A stretch of DNA of 47,140 bases, taken from assembly GCA_016880595.1 (NCBI GenBank), contig JAEHDC010000018.1, forward strand, positions 1-47,140, in the 5' to 3' direction. Source of the DNA: Candidatus Saccharimonadota bacterium. Its GTDB lineage: Bacteria > Patescibacteriota > Saccharimonadia > Saccharimonadales > EFPC-124. Below, piece by piece: positions 17,486-25,580 of the stretch. Made by a program: the position numbers and the translations under genes. Each line of letters starts with the position of its first letter. Position 1 is the first letter of the stretch. The notes under the pieces were generated by a model that was given only the letters and a program-made list of their open reading frames with translations, searched no databases and had not been told where the DNA came from.

Positions 17486-17875
17486 ATGATCGCAACGAGG
17501 CTAACTCCAGATCAAGTCGAGTGGCTTGCTAGGTTTGGGTACGGGGAACAGGATGACTTTGTAACTCTGCAAGATGGCCGTATTATGAAAACCTCGCTAG
17601 TCTGCGAGGTTAGATGTGTGTTGCTAAAAATACAGCAGCAAGATATCAGTCTCTTCGTGAGGCTGGGAATCGCCACAGACAACGATAGCCGCATGCCTCG
17701 AGACCGCGAGGGAGCGCTTGAAAGCTACAGTCTTGTTGGCGTCAATAGCAAAGGTGGGCGCGCATGGCTGCCTGACAAGCTTACGGCCATACAAACCTTG
17801 TTGACCGTCGACAATGACGGTAATGTAGGCTTTGCCGAACATCCCCTTCAGCAAAAAGAAGTTGCGAGGGATTAA
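17486..17875 (+). CDS. Hypothetical 129-aa protein (orphan)
   Basis: AAGGAAGG SD precedes ATG 17486, and a strong terminator lies 65 nt downstream. No family was recognised. Confidence 0.5.
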   Translation: MIATRLTPDQVEWLARFGYGEQDDFVTLQDGRIMKTSLVCEVRCVLLKIQQQDISLFVRLGIATDNDSRMPRDREGALESYSLVGVNSKGGRAWLPDKLTAIQTLLTVDNDGNVGFAEHPLQQKEVARD

Positions 17876-17939
17876 TTTTGCCTATTGCATTCGTCCTCTA
17901 CCAAAGTGGAAGTGTTTGGCTGGCCCTGTCAGCAAAATC

Positions 17940-17983
17940 CCTGCGGCGGCATCAAAACCGCCGCAGGCCACTTTATTTTTATC
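17940..17983. terminator. Strong terminator between the convergent orphan gene and ileS
   Basis: A 10-bp GC-rich stem CCTGCGGCGG/CCGCCGCAGG (17940-17949 with 17958-17967) has an 8-nt loop. On the plus strand CTTTATTTTTATC follows. On the minus strand GAUUUUGC follows. Confidence 0.75.
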
Positions 17984-18001
17984 TACAACTCTTGATAGCG
18001 C

Positions 18002-20875
18002 CTATACTTTGTCAAGCGAAATCACTACCTCTATACTGTCAATCCTAATTTTCGCTGTATATTTTTGCGTTTCGCTCGTCAATTTTACAGCAAGCGTTTC
18101 TTGTTTCACAAGATCACCAAAGCTCTGCATTGCGCGTTGCAACAAAGTATCATCACTCTGCACGCATAGTACAATCCGGTCGTCGACATTCAACCCACTG
18201 TTTTTGCGTAGATTTTGGATGTGGCGCACTAAATCACGCATAGCGCCTTCTACCTTAAGCTCATCTGTCAGCTCGGTATCCAAAATTACGTCTTGATCGC
18301 CATGAAACTTAACTTGCTTTACATTTAGCTCGTCTGCAATAATTTCTGCAAACTCCTGGCCAAGCTTCGGCGCTGTTACGCTGGCGAGCGGCTGGCGCAC
18401 CTTAATTTTTGCCTGAGCGCGAGCGCTTAAACCCTCATTTATCACATTGCGAGTTTGAGCCATTTCATCCAAAACTTTTTGATCAAACTCACCGGCCAGC
18501 GGCCAATCGCTCAAATGCACAGATTGCGGCATTTGATCGCTGCGCAGCTGCCGCCACAAATAGTCACTGTAAAACGGTGCCCACGGAGCCATGAGCTGGC
18601 TAATGCGCATCAGTGTGTACCACAAAGTTTGATAAGCTTGCTGCTTGTCTGCGTCGTCCTCACTCTTCCAGAATCGGCGGCGTGAGCGACGAATAAACCA
18701 GTTGCTAGCGTCGTCAATTAGCTCAAAAATCGGGTTAATAGCGTGCGCTAATTTGTAGTTGTCCGCGGCGGCGGTAACCTCTGCCACAACTTCTTCCAGC
18801 CGGCTTATCATCCACTTGTCCAGTACGTTTGTGCTGCTTGGCGCTTTTAAATCGCCCGGCGTAAAGCCGTCAATGTCTGCGTACATCTTAAAGAATCGCA
18901 AACTGTTGTTAAGCGTACCAAGCACGTTGCGGTTTAAATCTTTTAGCGCGTCGCGGTTAAAACGCATGTAATCTGCGTTGACCGCTTGCTGGTTGCTAAG
19001 CAGGTACAAACGCAGCGAGTCCGCGCCTTCTGTGGCAAAAACATCGTCCACCGGCGGATAATTTTTAAGCCGCTTGCTGAGTTTTTGGCCGTCAGCTGCC
19101 ATAATCATGCCGTTTACCAACACGTTTTTGTAGGCCGGGCGGTCAAACAAAATAGTGGCAATTACGTGCTGCACGTAAAACCAAAGGCGAGTTTGATCCA
19201 GGCCTTCGCCAATGTAATCAGCAGGGAAGGACGCTTCAAACTTTTCTTTGTTCTCAAACGGATAGTGCTGCTGGGCAACCGGCATGCTACCGGATTCAAA
19301 CCAGCAGTCAATTACTTCCTCTACGCGCCTATAGGTTTTACCATCGCGCGTAAAAGTAATTTCGTCGATGAACGGACGGTGCAGGTCTTCTACGTTTACA
19401 CCCTCGCCCGCCAACTCTTTAAGCTCGGCGATACTACCAACAATAATGTAATCGTTTTCGTCTTCTACATTTGCCCACACTGGCATTGGCGCACCCCAAT
19501 AACGGTTGCGACTAATTGCCCAGTCGCGCGCGCCCGCCAGCCACTTGCCAAAGCGACCGTCTTTAATGTGGCTTGGCGTCCAGTTGATTTCTTTGGCGGT
19601 GCGTTGCAGCTCGTCTTTAATTGCCGAGACGCGCACAAACCAGGTGTTGATTGAGTAGTACAAAAGCGGGCTGTCGCAGCGGTAGCAAAATGGGTAAGTG
19701 TGCTCAAAGGTTTCGGCGGCAAAAACGTGGCCGCGTTGGGTTAGACGCTCGATTATTAATTTGTCTGCGCCTTTAAAGAATTTGCCTGCAACGTCTGCAA
19801 AGCCAAAATCGCCAGTCATGTGGCCGGATTCGTCCACGGTTTTGCGCACTGGAATGTTGTTCTCTTGGCCCAGGGTAAGGTCATCTTCGCCAAAGGCGGG
19901 CGCAACGTGCAGTACGCCGGTGCCGTCTTCTATGCTGACAAAATTCGCCAACCAAACTTTGTATAGGTTCTGGTGATTTTCCAGGCTCTCTAAATTATCC
20001 AACGCAAATAGAGGTTCGTAGCTCTTGCCCGCCAAATCTTCCGCGCTAACTTCTTTGACGATCTCAAATTCGCGCTCGTCTTTCATGACGGCTTCTAGCC
20101 GCTTTTTAGCAAGCACTAAAACTTCCCCGCCGGTTTTTACGTACATATATTGCTCGCCTGGTTTTACGGCTATTGCGGCGTTACCTGGCAAGCTCCAAGG
20201 AGTTGTTGTCCAGCCCAACAAGTACGCATCTTCATCAACCAATTTGAATTTTACAAACAAACTTGGGTCTGGCACGTTGTCGCGGTAACCCTCGTTAAGC
20301 TCAAAGTTAGAAAGCGGCGTGGCGCAGCGCGGACAATACGGCATGCTTTTATAGCCTTTGTATAGCAAGCCCTTTTCATTAACCTGCTTCATAACCCACC
20401 AGACGCTTTCGGTGTAATCACGGTTGATGGTGGCGTAGGCATTGGCGGTGTCCGTCCAGCGGCCAATGCGGTCAAAAAAGCCTTCCCACTCGCCTTTGTA
20501 TTTAAATACCGAGTCGCGGCAGGCATGGTTGAATTTGTCTAGCCCGAGATCCAAAATTTGTTTTTTGCCGCTGACGCCAAATTCTTTTTCTATGGCAAAT
20601 TCTACCGGCAGACCGTGGCAATCCCAACCGTTGCGGCGCTCCACATAGTAGCCGCGCATGGTTTTGTAGCGACCCAAACTATCCTTAATGCTAGTAACCA
20701 AACTGTGGCCAAAATGGGGGAGGCCGTTAGCAAACGGCGGGCCGTCGTAAAAGCTAAAGACTGCCGCGCCTTCCCGATTCTTTAAACTCTCTTCAAACGT
20801 ATTTTCTTGTTCCCAAGTCGCTAGAACCGATTCTTCAACTTCAGCCAGCGCGCTTTTTTTCTTTTCTTCGCTCAT
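18002..20875 (-). CDS. ileS: Isoleucyl-tRNA synthetase, type 2 (eukaryote-like motifs)
   Basis: HIGH region PPFANGLPHFGH and KMSKS region GQKLSKRLKNYP are present. AAGGAG SD upstream, and a T-box leader precedes the gene. Confidence 0.95.
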   Translation of the reverse strand: MSEEKKKSALAEVEESVLATWEQENTFEESLKNREGAAVFSFYDGPPFANGLPHFGHSLVTSIKDSLGRYKTMRGYYVERRNGWDCHGLPVEFAIEKEFGVSGKKQILDLGLDKFNHACRDSVFKYKGEWEGFFDRIGRWTDTANAYATINRDYTESVWWVMKQVNEKGLLYKGYKSMPYCPRCATPLSNFELNEGYRDNVPDPSLFVKFKLVDEDAYLLGWTTTPWSLPGNAAIAVKPGEQYMYVKTGGEVLVLAKKRLEAVMKDEREFEIVKEVSAEDLAGKSYEPLFALDNLESLENHQNLYKVWLANFVSIEDGTGVLHVAPAFGEDDLTLGQENNIPVRKTVDESGHMTGDFGFADVAGKFFKGADKLIIERLTQRGHVFAAETFEHTYPFCYRCDSPLLYYSINTWFVRVSAIKDELQRTAKEINWTPSHIKDGRFGKWLAGARDWAISRNRYWGAPMPVWANVEDENDYIIVGSIAELKELAGEGVNVEDLHRPFIDEITFTRDGKTYRRVEEVIDCWFESGSMPVAQQHYPFENKEKFEASFPADYIGEGLDQTRLWFYVQHVIATILFDRPAYKNVLVNGMIMAADGQKLSKRLKNYPPVDDVFATEGADSLRLYLLSNQQAVNADYMRFNRDALKDLNRNVLGTLNNSLRFFKMYADIDGFTPGDLKAPSSTNVLDKWMISRLEEVVAEVTAAADNYKLAHAINPIFELIDDASNWFIRRSRRRFWKSEDDADKQQAYQTLWYTLMRISQLMAPWAPFYSDYLWRQLRSDQMPQSVHLSDWPLAGEFDQKVLDEMAQTRNVINEGLSARAQAKIKVRQPLASVTAPKLGQEFAEIIADELNVKQVKFHGDQDVILDTELTDELKVEGAMRDLVRHIQNLRKNSGLNVDDRIVLCVQSDDTLLQRAMQSFGDLVKQETLAVKLTSETQKYTAKIRIDSIEVVISLDKV

Positions 20876-21082
20876 CTTTACTCCTTAAAAATAAAAACCA
20901 TTTCTTTTGACTGCTGGAACCCGCTTGTGGCGGGCGGTACCATCCAGCTTCCATAAGAAATGGCTCTTGGTTGTCTGATCTTAACGCGCCAGTTTCGGCA
21001 GATTCTACTAAGGCAGCTCGCCCGTTCTTTCTGCAGCTTCGCGGTTGATAGCCGCTTATTTGACTCACATCAAAACGCCGTT
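20876..21082 (-). promoter_or_regulatory. T-box leader (tRNA-Ile-sensing riboswitch candidate) upstream of ileS
   Basis: The T-box sequence UGGAUGGUACCGCC matches 11 of 14 positions of AGGGUGGUACCGCG. The antiterminator (20913-20948) is canonical: helix GCUGGA/UCCAGC, 7-nt bulge UGGUACC, helix GCCCGC/GCGGGU, loop CACAA. An AGAAAG bulge-like element is present. AUC triplets lie at 20977-20979 (followed by A) and 21001-21003. Confidence 0.7.
20887..20963 (-). terminator. Long composite hairpin plus U-tract at the 3' end of the ileS leader
   Basis: An outer helix CCAUUUCUU/AAGAAAUGG (20955-20963 with 20898-20906) encloses the antiterminator. UUUUUAUUUUU follows at 20887-20897, immediately before the AAGGAG SD. 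Confidence 0.5.
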
Positions 21083-21088
21083 GTTGAG

Positions 21089-21117
21089 ATTATAATTTAT
21101 GTAGCCTAAAAATACAA
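21089..21117 (-). promoter_or_regulatory. Promoter of the ileS leader (TTGTAT-17-TATAAT)
   Basis: The -35 element lies at 21112-21117 and the -10 at 21089-21094 on the minus strand, with a 17-nt spacer. Confidence 0.5.
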
Positions 21118-21120
21118 ATT

Positions 21121-21645
21121 TTACAATTCTATATTTTTGTACGAGTACTTCTTCAAATCAGGCATAATTTGAGCCAATGTCTTGCCAGCCAATTTACCAC
21201 CGGCAATAAACGCCTCTTGTGTAACCTCGGCCAGACAGAAGTCTGGCATTGTAAAAGCCAGCTGATCTTCACGACTAGTAAACTCAAAATCCACCAAAAC
21301 CAGACCTTGCAAGTCATCCAAAAAAATATCTACTTCTGCCAGCCTTCCCTTATAATCATAATAATACCGCCGTTTTGCTACCTTTTTTCCGGGCGCTTTA
21401 ACGAGCGCTGCAAACTCCTCGGCTGTCAGTTTTATAGTGTGCTCATGTTGAAAAGAAGAGTCCGTGCCATCAACTAAAACTTTTTTGGTAATCTCATATT
21501 TGTCGCCGTGCTGACGAATACGCAAACAAGAATGATCAATTTCTAAAGGATAGTATATGTCTACAATATTTTTTGACGGCGCCTTTAATAACTCTGGCGG
21601 CAGCTCACGCACCAGATATGTCAACTCCAACTCAACTTCGATCAT
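21121..21645 (-). CDS. CYTH-domain protein (CyaB/ThTPase-like)
   Basis: Contains the N-terminal IEVELELTY strand, LRIRQHGDKYEITKK, and KRRYYYDYKGRLAEVDIFLDDLQGLVLVDFEF. Confidence 0.7.
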   Translation of the reverse strand: MIEVELELTYLVRELPPELLKAPSKNIVDIYYPLEIDHSCLRIRQHGDKYEITKKVLVDGTDSSFQHEHTIKLTAEEFAALVKAPGKKVAKRRYYYDYKGRLAEVDIFLDDLQGLVLVDFEFTSREDQLAFTMPDFCLAEVTQEAFIAGGKLAGKTLAQIMPDLKKYSYKNIEL

Positions 21646-21919
21646 TTAATGCACTCTCTTGCGGTACGTAGTAACTTAATTCGCTGTAGCTCGGCAGGTG
21701 TTCACCAATCCAGAGATTTTGAACGTGACCTTGATCATCTACAGTTAAGATTGCTGGAAATTGCATAATCTCATAAAGTCTACACATTTCCACCCCTTGG
21801 GACGAATCTGGATCAATTGCTGGCAAATTTTTGCCAGTTTGCATGGCAAAATCGCGCACGTAATCTAGCGCTTGGCGTTCATTCTCGGAATTTGGGCGAT
21901 AAAAAATGTAAGCTTTCAT
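21632..21919 (-). CDS. Small thioredoxin-fold-like protein lacking the CxxC motif
   Basis: The beta-alpha-beta start KAYIFYRPNSENERQALDYV and a cis-Pro-like loop MQFPAILTVDDQG are present. NSEN sits where CxxC would be. The gene overlaps the CYTH gene by 14 nt. Confidence 0.5.
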   Translation of the reverse strand: MKAYIFYRPNSENERQALDYVRDFAMQTGKNLPAIDPDSSQGVEMCRLYEIMQFPAILTVDDQGHVQNLWIGEHLPSYSELSYYVPQESALNDRS

Positions 21920-21926
21920 TAATTTT

Positions 21927-21935
21927 ATTATACCA
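21927..21935 (-). promoter_or_regulatory. Extended -10 (TGgTATAAT) 7 nt upstream of ATG 21919
   Basis: The minus strand reads aaTGgTATAATaaaattaATG. No SD is present. Confidence 0.5.
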
Positions 21936-21997
21936 TTAAACTACTAATTGCTAATAGGCGGAGCACACACAATTGCGCACTCCACCTACCTTTACAG

Positions 21998-22726
21998 CTA
22001 GCCGATCAAATCTCCGTTATAGCTCTTGTAACCCCACCAGGGTCGCTCCGCCTGCCTTCTCCAAACATCAAGCGTTAAGGATATTAGTATGCAGAGAGAG
22101 TACACTGGCCATGCCAAGCAAAAGATGCCATGGAAAAAAATCGCTTCGGCACATTTGCCATACCGGAACCAACTCCAGAAAAACGAAAACTTGTTTGTCC
22201 ACTGCAAGCGGCCACGGAATCCAATAGCACCCTTGGCTGTACGAGGCTTTTCGCCGCAGGCATAATAGGCCCTAAGCGTCGTCCAGGCGCCATGCCTAAA
22301 ATTCCGACTATTAGCAAGCCCAGCCTTAATTAGATCCTGTTCATGCCAGATAGCCTGACTAAATGCGAGTAGCCGCCAAGCCGGCAGACTAACAAACCAA
22401 AACGCCATTACCGCAACGTAATATTGCCATTCTGTAATCGGCATCGTCCTGGTGCCAAACAAACGACCCAATGGATACAACAGATGCAAAACATACGTTA
22501 TACAGATTACAATGCCCATTGGCAGCGCAAAATGGATAATAGCGCGTCTTTGGCGAAAAGCTTTGCTCCAGTCAATTTCTCGATCTCGTTCAGCCGCAAG
22601 CTGCCGGTCAAACTTCATATCCCAGCCGCGCCAGTGCTCAAAACTGTTACCAGGACCAGCGACGAAAAGAGATATCAGGCTGACGATCTCAATCCACATT
22701 AGAACAGTGCGAGCTAGACTCATCAT
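21998..22726 (-). CDS. Hypothetical Trp/Arg-rich membrane protein (about 4 TM segments)
   Basis: A strong AGGAGG SD lies 2 nt before ATGATG. I count about 16 Trp in 242 aa. No family was recognised. Confidence 0.65.
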   Translation of the reverse strand: MMSLARTVLMWIEIVSLISLFVAGPGNSFEHWRGWDMKFDRQLAAERDREIDWSKAFRQRRAIIHFALPMGIVICITYVLHLLYPLGRLFGTRTMPITEWQYYVAVMAFWFVSLPAWRLLAFSQAIWHEQDLIKAGLANSRNFRHGAWTTLRAYYACGEKPRTAKGAIGFRGRLQWTNKFSFFWSWFRYGKCAEAIFFHGIFCLAWPVYSLCILISLTLDVWRRQAERPWWGYKSYNGDLIG

Positions 22727-22803
22727 TGCCTCCTACGGCATTGGCTAAACTGCATAGGTATCCTAAACCATTTTGGAGTAAAAAGCAAATTCGCCAATTG
22801 AGA

Positions 22804-22837
22804 CTCCTAGCTCGCACTGCTGCGCACGAGCTAGGAG
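22804..22837 (-). terminator. Perfect 11-bp hairpin 10 nt downstream of the nrdJ stop (no U-tract)
   Basis: Stem CTCCTAGCTCG/CGAGCTAGGAG with a 12-nt loop. It could be a terminator, attenuator or mRNA-stabilising element. Confidence 0.45.
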
Positions 22838-22847
22838 TGTAAAAGAA

Positions 22848-25580
22848 TCAGCTACAACCGCTTGTAGCGCCGCAAGAGGTACATACATAACAGCTACCGG
22901 CTCGCTGTGTAATATTACCGCAAACCGTACACATCGGCGCAGTATCAGCGCCACTGCGCTTAGCAGATTTATCTTGCGTTTTCTTCTCGAAAATTTCTGG
23001 CTTTGGCATTTCCTCAGCCAAAAGTGTTGGTTGCTGTCTAGCCTGTTCAGCTTCCAGCTCGTCAAAACTGGCAAGGCCAAGCTCTAGACGATCATCAAAA
23101 CTTAGGTAATCCAGCGCCAAGCGGCGGAAAATATAATCCACTAAGCTGCTAGCAGTTTTTACATCTGGATCGTCGGTCATACCCTGTGGCGCAAAACTCA
23201 TATTGCTGAGCGTTTTTACATAACTGCGCAATGGTACGCCATATTGCAGACCATGGCTAACACTTACGGCAAAGCTATCCATTAGGCCGGAAAGCGTAGA
23301 GCCTTGCTTGGCAACACGTACAAATAATTCTCCGGGCGTGCCGTCTTCGTATTCGCCAACTGTCACAAAACCCTTAAGATCAGCAACGTGAAATTCAAAG
23401 GTGCGGGCGCGACGGTTGCGCGGCAATTCGCGACGGACAGCACCCGCCTTAACAACAACCTGAGGCGCCAGAGTCTCGGTCTTTTCTTCCTTCTTTTTCT
23501 CTTTTTTGTCGCTTAGCGGCTGCCAGGCTTTGCAGTTGTCGCGGTAAAGTGCGATTGCTTTAATGCCCATTTTCCAGGCGTCCATGTGCAGTTGCTCAAT
23601 TTCCTCAACCGTTGCACTTTGCGGCATATTGACAGTCTTACTGATAGCCCCAGAGAGGAATGGCTGAGCAGCAGCCATCATCTTAACGTGGCCAAGATAG
23701 TGAATAGCATTTTCTCCAACAGCACAGGCAAAAGCATCAAGATGCTCAGGTTTGAGATGCGGCGCACCAACTACCGAGCCATTATTTGAGATATAATTAA
23801 CAATCTCATCAGCCTGTTTTTTGTAATAACCAAGCGTCGCCAATGCGCGCGGCACAGTTTGGTTGACGATGCTCATTGAGCCACCGCCAACTAGAGTTTT
23901 ATACTTGACCAAGCTAAAGTCCGGTTCAATACCAGTGGTATCACAATCCATCATAAAGCTAATAGTGCCGGTTGGCGCCAAAACCGTGGCCTGGGCATTG
24001 CGCACACCGTATTTTTGGCCAAGAGCCACGGCGTCATCCCAGGAGCTGGCTGCAGCCTGCAATAATTCCTGGCTCACTGAATTATGATCAATCTTATTGA
24101 CCTCTTTGCGATGCTTTTTAAGCACGCCAATCATATCGTCTTTATTTTTTGCGTACTCAGTAAATGGCCCAACTCGTTTGGCGATTTTGGCGCTAGTTGC
24201 ATAAGCATAACCGGTCATAATTGCAGTGAGAGCAGCGGCTTGGGCGCGGCCTTCGTCGCTATCATATGGCAATCCTTGAGCCATAAGCAAGGCGCCAAGA
24301 TTGGCATAGCCCATGCCAAGCTGGCGCAATGCATGGGTATTTTTCTCTATCGCCTCTGTTGGATACTCACTGTAGCCAACCAGAATTTCCTGAGCTAAAA
24401 TAATTATCTCAATAACATGTTTGTAGGCTTCAACATCAAAGCTGCCATCGTCGTTCAGAAACTTGAGTAGGTTAATGCTTGCCAAATTGCAAGCTGAATT
24501 ATTAACGTGCATGTATTCGCTACAGGGGTTGGAACCGTTAATCCGCGCTAGCTTTGGTGTGGTATGCCAGTTGTTGATGGTGGTATCAAACTGGATTCCA
24601 GGGTCAGCGCATTCCCACGCAGCCTTAGCTATTTGGTGCCACAGGTCTCGAGCGCGAACTGTTTTGTGAACTTTTTTGTCTTTAACGCCAACCAAGTCCC
24701 AGTCTTTGTCAGCCTCGACAGCTTCCATAAAATCATCTGTTACGCGCACCGAGTTATTGGCATTTTGATATTGAATACTAATACTATCATGACCATTTAG
24801 GCCCATGTCAAAACCGAGGTTTTGCAATGCATGAGATTTCTTTTCCTCACGTGCCTTGCACCAAATAAATTCTTCAATATCTGGATGGTCGATGTTTAAA
24901 ATTACCATCTTTGCAGCGCGACGCGTTTTGCCACCGCTCTTAATTGCGCCGGCAACAGAATCTGCTCCTCGCATAAAGCTCAGTGGTCCAGAAGCCTTTC
25001 CGCCACTGTTGCTAAGCGCTTCGTGAGATGAACGAAGCGTACTAATGTTGACTCCAGCACCAGAACCGCCCTTAAAGATCATACCTTCTTCGCGATACCA
25101 GTTAAGGATTGATTGCATCGTGTCTTCAACTTGCAATATAAAACAAGCGCTGGCTTGCTGTGCGCGATCTTCCGCACCGATATTGAACCAAACCGGGCTA
25201 TTAAAGCTGGCACGTTGAGTGACTAAGATATATTTTAGCTCTTCGTTAAAAATATCCGCCTCGGCCTCATCCATAAAATAGCCGTTTTCATAACCGTGAC
25301 GAGTAATTGTATCCGCAACGCGGTCGATCAACTGCCGTAAAGAGCTTTCGCGACTCTGAGTTCCGGGCGTACCGCAAAAATACTTTTGACTAACAATATT
25401 AACAGCATTTAAACTCCACGTATCCGGAAACTCTACTTGTTTTTGTTCAAAAACCGTCTTGCCGCTTCCAGGGCTAACAATTTTCGAATCACGTTTAACC
25501 CAAGTGAGCATATCGTAAGGATGCACACCTTCCTCTGTAAAATAGCGCAAAAGCGCCAAACTGGCTGCGGTAGTCGCCAT
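22848..25580 (-). CDS. nrdJ: Class II (adenosylcobalamin-dependent) ribonucleotide reductase
   Basis: Contains FNSPVWFN, ACFILQVEDTM, GGSGAGVNISTLR and NPCSEY, plus a C-terminal Cys-rich tail CTVCGNITQRAGSCYVCTSCGATSGCS. Start set to ATG 25580, which has a GGGGAG SD; the track's extension has none. Confidence 0.92.
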   Translation of the reverse strand: MATTAASLALLRYFTEEGVHPYDMLTWVKRDSKIVSPGSGKTVFEQKQVEFPDTWSLNAVNIVSQKYFCGTPGTQSRESSLRQLIDRVADTITRHGYENGYFMDEAEADIFNEELKYILVTQRASFNSPVWFNIGAEDRAQQASACFILQVEDTMQSILNWYREEGMIFKGGSGAGVNISTLRSSHEALSNSGGKASGPLSFMRGADSVAGAIKSGGKTRRAAKMVILNIDHPDIEEFIWCKAREEKKSHALQNLGFDMGLNGHDSISIQYQNANNSVRVTDDFMEAVEADKDWDLVGVKDKKVHKTVRARDLWHQIAKAAWECADPGIQFDTTINNWHTTPKLARINGSNPCSEYMHVNNSACNLASINLLKFLNDDGSFDVEAYKHVIEIIILAQEILVGYSEYPTEAIEKNTHALRQLGMGYANLGALLMAQGLPYDSDEGRAQAAALTAIMTGYAYATSAKIAKRVGPFTEYAKNKDDMIGVLKKHRKEVNKIDHNSVSQELLQAAASSWDDAVALGQKYGVRNAQATVLAPTGTISFMMDCDTTGIEPDFSLVKYKTLVGGGSMSIVNQTVPRALATLGYYKKQADEIVNYISNNGSVVGAPHLKPEHLDAFACAVGENAIHYLGHVKMMAAAQPFLSGAISKTVNMPQSATVEEIEQLHMDAWKMGIKAIALYRDNCKAWQPLSDKKEKKKEEKTETLAPQVVVKAGAVRRELPRNRRARTFEFHVADLKGFVTVGEYEDGTPGELFVRVAKQGSTLSGLMDSFAVSVSHGLQYGVPLRSYVKTLSNMSFAPQGMTDDPDVKTASSLVDYIFRRLALDYLSFDDRLELGLASFDELEAEQARQQPTLLAEEMPKPEIFEKKTQDKSAKRSGADTAPMCTVCGNITQRAGSCYVCTSCGATSGCS

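Noticed and set aside
18986-19654. A 222-aa plus-strand ORF, plus many other 60-150-aa ORFs opposite ileS, htrA, nrdJ, recJ, infB and the giant gene. Examples are 10344-10772, 17832-18296, 24084-24398, 30743-31081, 38059-38421 and 41549-41851.
   Set aside because: All are antisense to strongly supported genes. They have no SD or promoter and no recognisable motifs, so I treat them as shadow ORFs.
20841-21068. A 75-aa minus-strand ORF upstream of ileS.
   Set aside because: It coincides with the structured T-box leader, and its apparent coding is a by-product of the RNA element.
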